Assembly (NCBI GenBank): GCA_013239625.1
Contig: MU056313.1
Coordinates: forward strand, 2,527,786 to 2,591,785
DNA from: Lama guanicoe
Lineage: Eukaryota
Length of the DNA stretch: 64,000 nucleotides
Reading direction: 5' to 3'
The notes under the pieces are model-generated. The model did no database searches. It saw only the letters and a list, made by a program, of their open reading frames with translations, and was not told the DNA's origin. Positions 27,756-40,423 of the stretch are shown piece after piece (the stretch's first letter is position 1; the number at the start of each line of letters is the position of its first letter). A program made the translations under genes and the position numbers.

Positions 27756-29244
27756 AAAGAAACCATAATACATAGTGATATATATAGGAAATAAGCAGGG
27801 GGAAATTTACATCCATTGTAGAAGCCTGGAACAACAGCAGGAAAATGAACAGAAACTGGACAATTGAAAGGCACAGAGGTCGGAAAATCAGTTTGAGGTG
27901 ATTAAAGAAAAGGATGGGTTTGGTTTTGCACAAGTTGAACTGTATTTGTACCAGTGAGTGGTTAGAAAAACAGGATCAGGAAATAGATGAAAGTTCAAGG
28001 TTAAATGATAGACTTCAGAATTATAATAGAAGAGATAATTAGTTGAATCAACAGAAAAGGTTTCCAGTTACATAAGAGTAGAATGAACAATTTTATTAGC
28101 CCTCTTCTAAAAGGAAAAAGTTAAAAGACTTTCTAAACATGGTTTAAAATAATAATCACAGAAGTATTATTTAATGGAATCATAGGTGATCAAATCCTTT
28201 AAGAAGGGAAACATAAAAAGAAAACAGATGAAAGGCTCATTCAAAAAGAACTTTTTCTTAGGACAGGACCCAAACCAAAAGCAGGAACCTCCAGGACTAT
28301 TTAGGGCTGGGTCACTGCTTCTTCCTCAGGAGACTGCCTTACAGCTATTTTCACCTCCACCTTGACAGCCACCTCTGAACACCTTCCCGGTGACCTCAGT
28401 GGACAGTAGGATACAGGAAAGCTGCCTATTTCAGATCCCTGCTTTCCATGCTCTCTGCAAGGCCCCTGTGAACTCCCTGGGTATTACACTGATTGTGTAT
28501 AGATGCCACTTACATCTGAACGATGCCAAAATGACTGGTAAAAAGGCAGGGGAAAAAAGACAAAAAACAGAAACATATAATCAACTTGTCATACAAGTCA
28601 GCTCATAAGGTAAAGTATAAACGACTGATTGTTACAATTACGCAACACCAAATAACTTGTCTGATTTTTTTTCTGAATTGACCTTTCAGGTTGTGTGTGT
28701 GTATCATGCAGACACAGCCAGTGACTGACAGAGGAAATGTGCTTTGTGATAATATAACCAACCCAAATAGGCAAAAATCAACATGAATACATGATTATTT
28801 CCTTGATAACCCAACATAGGTGGGGCACTGGAAAATGTTTGGGACCAGAAAACCCCAACCACTGGGGACTTTTAGATAATCCATCACAGTGGACAAAGAA
28901 GTTCCAATCCAGGTTTTTGTGATTTACACTGTCCCTGGGCTAGTCCACTTCGCTTACAGCTTCCCGAATCTCTTTTCTCTATCAGTCTTAAAACCACATC
29001 CAAACAGACAACTCTATTAATAGAGTATTTTGCAGCTCTGTTCTCCTGGACTGATAAGGCCCTATCACATTGGGCATGGACCTCATTCTTGGGTTTTTAA
29101 AGCATTTCATACTTCTCCCTCGTCCTTCCCCCTCTCCTTGGGAACCAGAACATCCTGGGGTGTAACACCACAAATACTTGACTCCACACTGAGACGATGA
29201 CAGGAACCCCCCCAAACTCTCCTGATCTCCAGACCTAGACCAGC

Positions 29245-29950
29245 CAGACAGTGGAGTCAAACAGACCTGGTTTGTGATCTCAACTATACCGCTTATTAGC
29301 TGTGTGATCTTATGCAAGCAACTCAACTTCTAAGAAATTATTTCTTTATTTGAAAAAAAATAGAAATAGTAATACAATCTGATGGACTTGTCATGAGGAT
29401 GAAGATCATATGGTAAAGCAATCATCACAGCACCTGGACCATGAAGATGCTCAGTGAACACCCACCCCCTCCTTTCCTTCTGTGTAGTTTCATCCGGTTT
29501 GGGGGTCCTCTTGCAGCGTCCACACAGGACAGCCTCAACTCCTAGGTTTCTGTTACACTTGACACCCATGTGTCAAAAACATAAGCTGAGAGACTGAATT
29601 TGAGGGCGGTGACAACTACTCCAACCAAAATTGCACTACACTTTGAAAATATTGATGAACCATCTTCACATGTGTACTTTTAGGTGGTTCATTGGATTGG
29701 CTACTTTTGCATGACATTTTCATTTTCAGATTTCTTCACATATACCCACGAGTATACAGGACTATATGTACTTAACTGCAGAAATGCTTCACACTTACTG
29801 AGCACTTACAGGCACTGTGCAGAGATAGCTCATTTAATTCTCAGAGCAACCCTATCAAAGAAGTACTATTATTATCCCCATTCTTTAGATGAGGAAACTG
29901 AGGCTTAAGGACATTAAGAAATTTAACCAAGGTCACAGAGCTAGTAAGAA
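29245..29950. mobile_element. Two MIRs (+ at ~29245-29460, - at ~29790-29950) just upstream of the PDLIM3 promoter
   Basis: GGAGTCAAACAGACCTGG...TTATTAGCTGTGTGATCTT; CCCCATTCTTTAGATGAGGAAACTGAGGCTTA...CCAAGGTCACAGAGCTAGTAAG. Confidence 0.8.
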
Positions 29951-30099
29951 AACTGCTAAATAGCCAACTGCATTTATGATGCATGTTGTTTTATTTTAAT
30001 TGAAAGTAAAGGGTCTGTGGTTTAACTGCTTTTAACTTCGAATGAAGCTCACTGCTGAGCTGCAAGCAGAAGATAAAACAGGAGGACAGGTGTTGCTTT

Positions 30100-30720
30100 A
30101 AGAGAGTGATGGGCGTTGTAACCCGAAGCCTCCTCCGCCCAAAAGGTCTGAGAGGCTGCACCCCGCCGGCCGGCCGGTGCGCGTCTGTAAACTCCCGCGG
30201 GTCTGGCGCGTCTCCTTCTTCCAAAGTTGGAGCTCTCCTTGGTGGGAGGGGGCGGGGAGGAGGGGAGGCCGGTGACGTCACTCTGGGATGGGAATAAAGC
30301 TCCCGGGCCGCGCGGTCCGGCGAGGACACTGCCCCGAGAGCAGAGTGGGCTGTCCCACTCGGGGACACTCGCTGCGCCCCCGCCGGAGGAAGGCCGTGCC
30401 AGGAGGCACCATGCCCCAAAACGTGGTCCTGCCGGGCCCTGCGCCCTGGGGCTTCAGACTCTCGGGGGGCATAGACTTCAACCAGCCTTTGATCATCACC
30501 AGGGTAGGTGTTTTCCGTTCTTTTGCTGCAAGTGGGGACTCTGGCGTGCGGCCGGTCCCCCTGGAGAGGAGAGTGGCCAGTGAGGCAGTGGAGTGTGCTG
30601 GGTGGGTCCTCGGCTTCGGGCTCACAGTTCGAGGGGCGGCAGCATCTCGGCAAACTAAGGTTTGGGGATGCAGAGCAGTTGAGAGAATTAACCACGTCAG
30701 TTCCACTGTCTGCAGCCTCT
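30100..30720 (+). promoter_or_regulatory. PDLIM3 CpG-island promoter: GC box GGGGGCGGGG (30248-30257), CRE TGACGTCA (30273-30280), TATA-like AATAAA (30293-30298)
   Basis: Sharp CpG/GC enrichment around exon 1; motifs read directly. Confidence 0.85.
30411..30503 (+). CDS. PDLIM3: PDLIM3 coding exon 1 (PDZ N-terminus, [31 protein letters not shown])
   Basis: GGCACC-ATG start context; PWGFRL PDZ carboxylate-binding loop; donor AGG|GTAGGT; 93 nt, phase 0. Confidence 0.98.
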
Positions 30721-33700
30721 TGGCCCCCAGCAACTTTCTGAGGAGAGGTGAACTGACAGCGTGGTTCCCATGGCCTCAGAGAAGCTGGGCTGTGAGGTGG
30801 GCTGCCTTCTCGCCCTCCACTCCTGGTCTCCTTTTCAGTAACAAACGAGGTGGGGGCCACGGGAGGAGAGACGAAGGACCAACAATAGTGGTTGCTTCTT
30901 GGAGCTAGACTCGCATCTGAGCGCTCTCCTTGTCTGGATGAAAACTTCGGCAGGGCGCTGTTCACAGGGCACAACCTGGGCCCGCCAAGCTGGAACCGCC
31001 CTTATCAGCTCAGACAGGGAATATATTACTAATCTGTATTCCTAGGTTTCCAGGCGTTTTGAATAAATATTTTCCAAAGCTGGAAACTTGGCTAAGAAAT
31101 CATCACCTATAACTCGAACTACAAAGAAAACATGTCAGATTGTTTCCTTTACCTGAGGGAGAGTCACCACTCAGTCTAATAACTCAAAATAATACTTTCC
31201 TATCAAATTCAAGCTTTCTTTCCTTAATAGTCTCTAAAGTATTGTCTAATCAAAAAGAAAGAAAGAAAGAGGGAAACTTCAGGATCTGTCCTGCCAGTAA
31301 ATTTCTAGTTGGTCTAATTGATTTTTTTCCTAACATATGTTTGCCTTACTAACAATGTTATTGTTATTATTTCAGTGATAAGTAATAAAGCATATTAAAC
31401 CTAATTTTAAAACATAAAGTTTCAGAATATTATACCTTTACTTAATGCTTTATTTTCTTCATTTTTATACTGTTTTATAAATGTATACTTTATAATCTGA
31501 TATACTCACATCAATTTTTAAACAAGGTAATACCTTTAAAATTCTGTTCTACTTACTAGTTTTGAGAACCAATGTCTTTTTAAAATATCCTCAAAACGTA
31601 CCATACAGATGCATACTATGGAACATTTCAAGCTTTGTTTTACATTTTTCGAAAACATGTAAACACATCTGACATGTGTGTTTTTATATAAGACGTAAAA
31701 ACTTAACACACCCCCAGAAATGTTCCTAAGTAAATTAGGCAGAAAATGGTCCAGTGATCTGGGCCAAACAATGCCTTTTATGGATTTATCAAAGGAAACA
31801 GCTTCCATTATCTCTGCTAAGAAATACTCTCAAAGTTTCTAAAGTACAGTTTTCCTTTGTTTATATTAAATGAAATAAGCTTTTGAATCGTAACAGAGAA
31901 TAAATCATATTTATATTAAATCCTAAAGAAATCACTCAGTCACAAAAATCCTTCCAGTGATTTATAGAAGAAATATCGTACTATTACTGTGGAACATAAT
32001 ATGATGACTCTTATGCTTGAAAAATTGAGTTGTTGATACTATAAACAATGTTTATTTTAAAAAACTCAACATTTTGGAGTTGACTGCAGGAGCATATGGT
32101 AAACAGTTGATATAATGACATTATTTGGGAAGCCAATTCTGTTTGAATTTTTAACTCATAAGTAATTTGCATCACATTGACACTTGTTTCAATAATAGTG
32201 CACAACCACAGATGATTATTTCATTTGACGGTGGATTTTCTTTTCAGTTAATTTAACTCAAAGAGAGCAAGTTAAAACTAAACTGTTTTGTAGTCCAGGG
32301 GTCCCCAAAACCATTCACATAGAAGATTCTTGTTGAATAAGTGAAAACATATTCACTTGAAATTTTTTGCTTTAGTGAACACCTAATCGAGAATATTTCC
32401 ACTGAAATTATAAGAATACTAAAAATCATTTGGAAAAAAACTAAAAGATATTACCCCAAAACAGTTATCAGTGTTGTAATTAGGTATTAGAATAATTCTA
32501 TTAAGTCAGTAATTTTAACATTGTGCTAAAAGGTGGTTAATGAGGTTATGTGTGTGTTAGCGCACTCTTTCGCCTGCCATGCACTCTCCTAAGCCCTTTA
32601 TAGGCACTAACTCACTTAAATCACACAATTATCCTAAAAGATAGTAGTAGTAATAACCCTGCCGTTGATCACAAGTGGTGAAACAATTCAAGGTCAAGTC
32701 TACCTGCCTCCCAAGTCTTCATCCTGAAGCCCGTACATATGAAAGATTCTGTTTATTGTACAAATGTTTCCAAATAGGTGTTTTGTGCCATCCAGCCCAT
32801 CATCTGGTCCTACTGATTTTATGTCTTTAAGATCTACCACTTTCTTTTTTCCAACCACTGTCCCTCGTTGAGATTTCATAATTTCATGCCTAGCTGTTTG
32901 TCTCCCTGCTGCAATTCGTCCTGCATATTCTTACCAGCCATCTTTGAGATGGTTGATGGCTGCTCCTACCTTTCTCATTCTTAAAAATTCTTCAGTGGCA
33001 ACCCCCAGTTTATAGAGAACAGAATGTGTGGTCTTTAGCACGGCATTCATGGCTTTCACCATCCATCCCGACTCATGTCTCCCACTTCACTTCCTCCCTT
33101 TTCCTCCTCTCTCCCCTTCCTCCTCTCACTCCATGAATAGGTAGTAGTCCAAAACTCGACCACTTATAATTTCTCTAACATGTCTTTGCTCCTGCTGTCC
33201 TTTTCCCCCAGAATTCTCTTCCCCACCCACCCCGTAGTCCTCTGTGCTTGTGGAAACCCATTACGATACCACTCCTCCAGCCTTCCTCCGGGAACAATCA
33301 CTGCATCCGCTTAACTGCCCTAGCTCTTGACCTGCAGCCTCTTTATATCACACCTTGTACCACAGATGTTTGAGTACATCTGTATCCCACAGATTGCGTG
33401 CTCCCCTCTCAAGGCAAGAACTCGCAGGTTTGGGGCTCCTCAGTGCCAAGCACAGGGTCTAGTGTATCACATATGTTATAGAATAAATACAGACACAATA
33501 TGAGTAATAAACAAAAGTGTCCACTTTTGACATAACTTCATTATCATAATAGGTGCAGACTGTGTCTTCAGAAATATCCCACAATAAAGAAAAAGGAGAG
33601 TTGTTTTATTGTGCATTGATTTGTCTGTTTTAGATAAGTTCTTAAGTATGCAAAGAATTGAAATGCCAATGCCTGCACTTAACGTCACAAAAAGTCCCAT

Positions 33701-34618
33701 AAATGAGATATATTCCTCAAGTCAATTAAATCAGTTTTTGTCCTATAAGCAATGCCCTCCCTTCCTCTCCTCACACTCTACAAAAGCACACTATAGCAGT
33801 GCTCCTAGACGGTGGTGCTCGGCTCCACCGTCTGCTGGGGAAGGGGTTTACCAATGCAACTCTCTCCATTAGCTGAAATTACAATTCACAAAATGAGGAC
33901 AAAGGGTCCTCACCCTATAATTGTTTACAATCCAGTGGGGTGAAACTTTGTATCATAAAAAACCATGAGAAGTAAGATAAATCAAACACCAGACATTCTC
34001 CCCAAAAAAACTGAGCCATTGGTTGCGATACAATTTTTAGGAAAGCAGTTTCTAGGCAAGGGTGTGCTATACTTCCCGTGATATAAATTTAACTTGTGGA
34101 TGGATGTTCAGTGCAGGGGAGGGGGCTATTATGGCAAACACTATATACAACTGGCCAGCATTTCATAGAATAAAGTTTAAAGTTCACATCTCTAAGTGAG
34201 AAGCTGTTCTTTTTCTGGCAAGAAGGTTCTAAGGAGTCTCTTTCTTAAGTGTTAGGACCACCCAGAAGGTGGATCTACTATCTCAGCCAAGTTACAGATG
34301 GTTTGTTTTCACAAATGGTCCAATTTGGAATAAAGTACAAGCTTCTTTTGTGTACACGATGTAAAATTGCTGTATACATCGGATGCCAGCATGTCCCTTC
34401 CCACTCAGTTCCTCTTCCCCCTCTTCCCCCTCTTCCCTCCTTTCTACGCAGAGCACACCCGGGATCAAGATGCTTCGTGGACCTGGGTACCAACAAAGAA
34501 AATGCTAGTGTATTCTTAAGTTTTGCAGGGTTTAACATAGAAAAGTATAGTTCTTTAATATATATTTGAAATTTGAACTTTTAGAAAGAAATATTTACCG
34601 TTGAATGCAATCTTCTCC

Positions 34619-34967
34619 CAGGTAGCCCTCAGTATCCTTGGGGGATTGGTTCCAAAACCCCCACCCTTATACCCACCCCTGCCTCCCAACCCCTTAGCCC
34701 TTCCCTCGAGGATACCAAAACCCCAGGATGTTCAAGTCCTTTATATAAAATGGAATTTGAATATAAACCNNNNNNNNNNNNNNNNNNNNNNNNNNNNNNN
34801 NNNNNNNNNNNNNNNNNNNNNNNNNNNNNNNNNNNNNNNNNNNNNNNNNNNNNNNNNNNNNNNNNNNNNNNNNNNNNNNNNNNNNNNNNNNNNNNNNTTT
34901 TCAAATATTTTCAACCCTCAGATGCTTGACTCCTGGATGCAAAACCCACAGATTCGGAGGGTCAACC
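34619..34967 (+). mobile_element. MER2 (TcMar-Tigger) DNA transposon, centre masked by Ns
   Basis: CCCTCAGTATCCTTGGGGGATTGGTTCC...GGATACCAAAA...TTATATAAAATGG...GGATGCAAAACCCACAGATTCGGAGGGTCAAC. Confidence 0.85.
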
Positions 34968-35199
34968 ATTTTTAATTTTGTTCCAGACCTGTCTGCAACG
35001 CTGACATCTGTTCCTAACATTCATACATCCCACAAGTATATTCCACCCCCCAGCCATAACTGTCTTGCTCTGTGACTATTTCAATCATTTTTATTCTTCA
35101 CATAGACATTCCATCAGGGCCACATCTTGGACTTCCCTCATGTCTCCCACAGTTAACAGGTCATTATAGATGCTTCACCTGTGATTTAAATTCGTTTTT

Positions 35200-35392
35200 C
35201 CCAAATGGACCCAAGTAATAGGCTGATGTGAATAACGGAAATCATCTGAGGCACTTGTTAAAAATCTAAATTTCCTAGTTCTTCTGCTAGAGTTTCTAAT
35301 TCCTGATTCCAGGCATTAGAGTGGGACTGGGAACTTTGTTAAGCAAAGATTCCCCATGATTCTCCTAATCAGACAAGTTTGAAACCATGTGC
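35200..35392. mobile_element. MER5A/B-like DNA transposon
   Basis: AATCATCTGAGGCACTTGTTAAAAAT...TCCCCATGATTCT...AAGTTTGAAACCA. Confidence 0.55.
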
Positions 35393-36889
35393 TAAGTGAT
35401 GAATGGTAGTGCTATTTCCAAAGATCTCTCTAGCGCTTTTGATATTTGAAACCCTAATGAATCTGAATAATAAACCCGCTGAAAACCTCTTTGCCTTATT
35501 TTAGTCTCTCTTCTCCTAATTTGGAAAAACATGTTAAAAAATAAACTGTGAGCAATAAGATCAAGCAACAGAAATAAAATAAAAAGTAATAATATAATAA
35601 AGTCATAATATAAAATAAAGCTGAGAATTAATATATCCTTATGATTAAACAGAGAGTTTAACTTACTAAAACCAGGCCATCTTAGTGGTCATTTGCTGAT
35701 CACTAGCCTCGCTGTGCATGAGACTCAGAAGAAGTGAAAGAACATGTGTTCTCCTTCTCTCTCAGCCCTCTCTCTACATACTATTTTCTTTCTTATCAAC
35801 TCCCACCTTGGAGGTCCCGGGACATCAGTGGCCAGGTTGGACGCAAGGTCAGAAGTTGGTTCTGGCCACCACTATCAACCACTGGTTTCCTATTTGACTA
35901 ATGAAACTGCCAGCGACATAGCCGTACAGCTGCTCCCACCTTAGTGAGAAGCCGCAAGTTCCTTAGTCACTTCACCTCCTCTGAAAAATAGAAGCAACCT
36001 TCTACGTCCAGCCTGTCTTAGAGTGGTTGCAATGGTCAAAGTTATTAGAAAGCGCTTGCAAATGTAATCTTTTGGGTAAATATAAGAGTGTTATTAACTT
36101 CTGTATTAATGCTGTGAATAAAATTTAATAATATTCAGTATCTAAGTTCAGCACACCAAATGCCTCTGTTTAAAATTTATATAGACAGATACACACAAAA
36201 CCCTTCCTTCCACTCATCCTAATCACAGCTGAGAAATACTGTTAGGTTTTCTAAACCAAGATCAAGTGTCAAATATAAATCAAATTCAAGGATATTAGAA
36301 AAGCCAGGTGAGGCTTTAAAAGCAAACACATTGAGCCATGCTTTCTCATGTTTTAACTCAACAAATAGCACACTGGTCTTAGACGTTTAAAAATAGATTG
36401 TACTGATTTTGACAAAGTATAGTTAGAGGAAATTAGAAGTTTGAGGTTATTTTTATCACTATAACTCATATTAGAGATGGAAACTTTTGCTCTTCTAACA
36501 GTTCTGAGTCTGGGAGAATTTCTAAATGCAAAAACACCTATGAAATGCCTCCCAAAGCTGAAACGTAATAATCCTCAGTTATCTTCATTCAGCTCCCATC
36601 AACTGTCCAAACTGGAAAATTATCATGATCTCTCTTAGAGCCATGAGGTTAAATCAAATCAATCATTTGCAAATTAAGCAAATAGACAAACAATGAATTA
36701 ATGACTGATCCTCCAGTTTAACATTAGGAATGACCTAGTTTATTCCTGGAGTCAAGTCTTAGATGTTATTCTGCTCTAAATAGTGGGAACTAGCAAAAGA
36801 AACAATGGCAAGTTGACAGTAGTAGCCATAATCTTTGGGTATGTAAGTACTAGTTCTTTTCATTTCACAAGCTCTGATATAAATGTCCT

Positions 36890-37430
36890 TTTCATTCATT
36901 TTTCGAAGAATTATTCATTGATTACAAATACTGAATTTATTCTGTGAAGCATCAGGAATATACATAATATTATGGATATCCTCAAGAACTTCTGGTTGGG
37001 AAGACAGACAATACACAAGTGAAAAAACAAACATGAGAGTACATATTGTCTTCATAAAGGCAAAGAACAGGTAACAGAGAAGAACAATGGGGAGGGGCTA
37101 GAGAAGCTACATCAGATGTCTGGGGAGGTCTCTCTGAGAACATGACATTTAAGCCTATACCTCAAGGATGAGAAAGAGCAACCAGGTGAAGAGTAGGGGG
37201 GACATTTAAGTCCCAAGTAACAGTGTGTGCAAAGCTTGGAAGAGGGTGCAAGCTTGGCCTATTTGTGGAACAAAAAGGAATTCAGCCTAGCTATGGAGCA
37301 GTGGATGAGGGGAGGAGGAATGGTATGAGGGGATGGTAGAGAAGCAGGCAGCATAAGACCGGGTGAGGACTATTAGGGGCTTGTCAATAGTTGGGATTTA
37401 CCCAGAAAAAAATGGGAACAGGTGTAGCAA
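36890..37430 (-). mobile_element. L2 fragment
   Basis: GGGAGGTCTCTCTGAGAACATGACATTTAAGC...AACAGTGTGTGCAAAG antisense L2 motifs. Confidence 0.6.
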
Positions 37431-38535
37431 TCAAAAGAATAATTAATGGTATACTCAACATGTATTTATTGAAATAACTTGAAATAATTTCAGATTTCCT
37501 ATTTTCTAAACATTTAACAACCATATTTTTCCCATATCATTTCCCATACCGTTCCTCATATTACCCCCCCCAAAAAACCCATGTGAATTTCTTGCAGACA
37601 GCATCAAATCAGATCTTGCTTTTTTTTTTCCTACCTAGTTTGACAATCTCTGTTAAAAAACAGAATGTGATGTGTTTTTAGGTCATTTACATTTAATGTA
37701 ATTACTGGTATGGTTTAATTAAAAGCTATCATCTTGTAAGTTGTATTCTATTTGTTCCATCTGTTCTCCATTCATGGAGAAGAGCTGTACATGGATACAA
37801 ATTTCCCTCATGTCTGCAGTTCCCAGGGGTTCTAAACTCTGAATATTTAACTCACACTTGGCCTCTAACAATTTGTTCAGAATTTTAGTGAATTCTTAAC
37901 AGGTAGTATGGTGGCTTCATCTTCTATTTTCTGATACAGGTGAGCCCACACTTACATCTTGTCTTTCCTTGGAAGCTCCTATCTTTCCTTCGATTCCAAG
38001 CTAGTTGATTGCCTTGTAACTTCAGCTGTCTGAAGAGTCCAGGGAAGTTATAATTTTGCATATTAGCTGGCTTCTTCTTGTTAACACAAGAGGGATTGAT
38101 TCTCTTCCGAGCTTTCTACATCCCAGGGGCATGACAGGGATGCTGAAGCAGTTTCAATTCAAATATAAAACCTCCCCAAATGTAGTAAACTTCTATTCCC
38201 AAATAGAGAATTCTAGGTGACAAAGAAACACTAAAAAACAAATTATTTTGTTTAAACCAAAGAAAATATGATTCAAACAGGGAGTTATGGAAGATGTTTT
38301 AAAAGAGAATAAGAGATACATGGTAGAGGAAATATGGTTAGTAAGAAATAAATTATTTTACATAATGAGAAAATAGAGATAACAGAATTGATCAATTAAG
38401 TTATTTTAAGTTAAATTTAATATTTCCTAACCAATAAAACATATAAAATGTTACCAAGGTTAAATACAAATGCCAGGGACAAAACTCAAGATATTGCAGG
38501 ATGTTGATTTTAAAATGTGCGATGATTTCTTACAG

Positions 38536-38687
38536 ATCACTCCAGGCAGCAAGGCGGCAGCTGCCAACCTGTCTCCTGGAGATGTCATCCTGGCTATTGA
38601 TGGCTTCGGTACAGAGTCCATGACTCATGCTGATGCACAGGACAGGATTAAAGCGGCAGCACACCAGCTGTGTCTCAAAATTGACAG
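38536..38687 (+). CDS. PDLIM3: PDLIM3 coding exon 2 ([53 protein letters not shown])
   Basis: Acceptor ttcttacag|; donor AG|gtgctc; 152 nt; lies within ORF 38470..38718. Confidence 0.98.
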
Positions 38688-39731
38688 GTGCTCTTTAATT
38701 AATGGTGTTAAAATTTGATCTGTTTTGCAGGAGAACCTGAACCAGAACTATAAATGATTCATCCTCCCACTGAGAAGGAGTATCACAGGACCCAGAATTT
38801 TGACTGGCTTTTTAATATATCAGCCACTTTGGTTTGTTCTTCACTGAAGTCAGTCAGTCTAGTAGCTGTTAACAAATGATTTCTAAAAAGAATGCTCTGG
38901 AATGTCAGAATAATGAAAGCAGCTGAAAGAATTTTTTTCCCTCTACTAACCCAGTTAGTTGACAATGAAAATAGAACCTTTAAAGGTATTGGCCATAAAA
39001 ACACTGAACAGCATGTCGCGTTAGTTATACTGCTGTTCTAAACATGGTAGAGAATGGAATGGAATTTAGAAATGCTCCTGAAAGAATCTCATGCTTCCCA
39101 AAATGTGATCATGTTAAAAATTGGTTGCTAATATCCTCTATGCCATTGGCTTTTTTGTACTGAATTCAGCCTAGAAGAATCTCACAAGGTGTGAGAGTGT
39201 ATGTGCACATGAGGGTTTCAGACAATGAGACATTTCTGACCAAAAACAGTATTAGGAAATTGAACCTGATCTATTGCCATCAGATCTGAAATTGAACTGT
39301 GAAAATAATGATTTGTTACAGCGTTGTTAGTGTGTTGATTCTGTTGCTGCTGTATTCACAGTTTTCCCTGCTGTGGTACAGAAGGCACAACCCATCAGCC
39401 ACTCTGCCATGCCATGGGGTGAAATTGACTCTTCCCCATCTCTGCATAACCTGTGATCCTGCCAAGCACACAGTTTCTTAAGAGCCACACGATCCCAAGT
39501 AGATACATGAGAAAGGCTGGACAAAGCACATTTCCTTCATGCCAACGGCAAATCCACCTGGCAAATCACTCACTGCCTCCTGTGGCGCCCTGGGTAGGCT
39601 AGGAGGGAAGTAGGGGAGACCTAAGGAGCTTGCTCTGGGGTCATCTGTCTGCAGGGCGTGCCTCCTGAATCTCCCTCTCCTGTACTGCTTCCCCCATGCG
39701 CTGGAGACCACTTCCTCCAGAAACGGTACCA

Positions 39732-40123
39732 TGTCCTTGCCTCAGTCGGTTCCAGATGCTATAAGTGAACACCACAGACTGGATGGGTTAAACAGCAAAC
39801 ATTTATTTCTCACAGTTATGGAGGCTGCAAGTCCAAGGTCAGGGAGCCGGCATAGTTGGCTTCTCAGTGAGAACCCCTTTCCCGGTCAAGTCCTCTCATG
39901 GCCCTCCTTGGTATGTGCACACAGAGGAGAGCAAGAGAGATCACAGGCCTCTTCTTTTTATAAGGGCATTAATCCCACCATGAGCCCCCTACTCTCATGA
40001 CCTAATCTAACCCTAATTACCTCCCAAAGACCCCACCTCCAAATGCCGTCACACTGGGGAGGAGGATTTCAACACGTGAATGGGCTGGGGGGTGCGGGGG
40101 GCACAAGCATTCAGCCCATCGCA
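39732..40123 (-). mobile_element. MaLR solo LTR (MLT1A-like)
   Basis: ACCACAGACTGGATGGGTTAAACAGCAAACATTTATTTCTCACAGTTATGGAGGCTG...CATGACCTAATC...CCTCCCAAAGACCCCACCTCC...CATTCAGCCCATCGCA. Confidence 0.88.
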
Positions 40124-40338
40124 GTCCTCCAGGCAATTCTGATCGATTCGAGCCTTCCCAAGAGTACACTGAAAACATAAGACTAACTAGACGAGCGAGT
40201 ACAGGATAATGAGCAAGGAATATTGCTTTTGCCTTTATCAAGGGTTGATAGTATTTTCACAAACATAGGCAATTAAAGTATCTCAAACTGGAAGTGCCAT
40301 TAGAATTTGGGGGTTTATAAACTTTATTTTATTTACAG

Positions 40339-40423
40339 GGCGGACACTCGCTTATGGTCTCCACAGGTATCTGAAGATGGGAAGGCTCATCCTTTCAAAA
40401 TCAACTTAGAATCAGAACCACAG
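40339..40423 (+). CDS. PDLIM3: PDLIM3 coding exon 3 ([28 protein letters not shown])
   Basis: Acceptor ttttatttacag|; donor CAG|gtatga; 85 nt restores phase 0. Read directly from sequence; not in the ORF track. Confidence 0.97.

Noticed and set aside
29955-29964. GCTAAATAGC as a MEF2 site near the promoter
   Set aside because: Two bases short of YTA(W)4TAR.
1-30000. Exons of an upstream gene (e.g. SORBS2 3' end) or a novel coding gene
   Set aside because: No ORF with recognisable homology or a coherent exon chain; the short ORFs look random or repeat-derived.
30288-30908. 206-aa plus-strand ORF as a single-exon gene
   Set aside because: Only 30411-30503 is PDLIM3 coding; the rest is promoter, UTR and intron read-through.
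29991-30974. 327-aa minus-strand ORF over the PDLIM3 promoter
   Set aside because: Pro/Arg/Ala-rich with no recognisable domain; explained by stop-codon scarcity in a CpG island.
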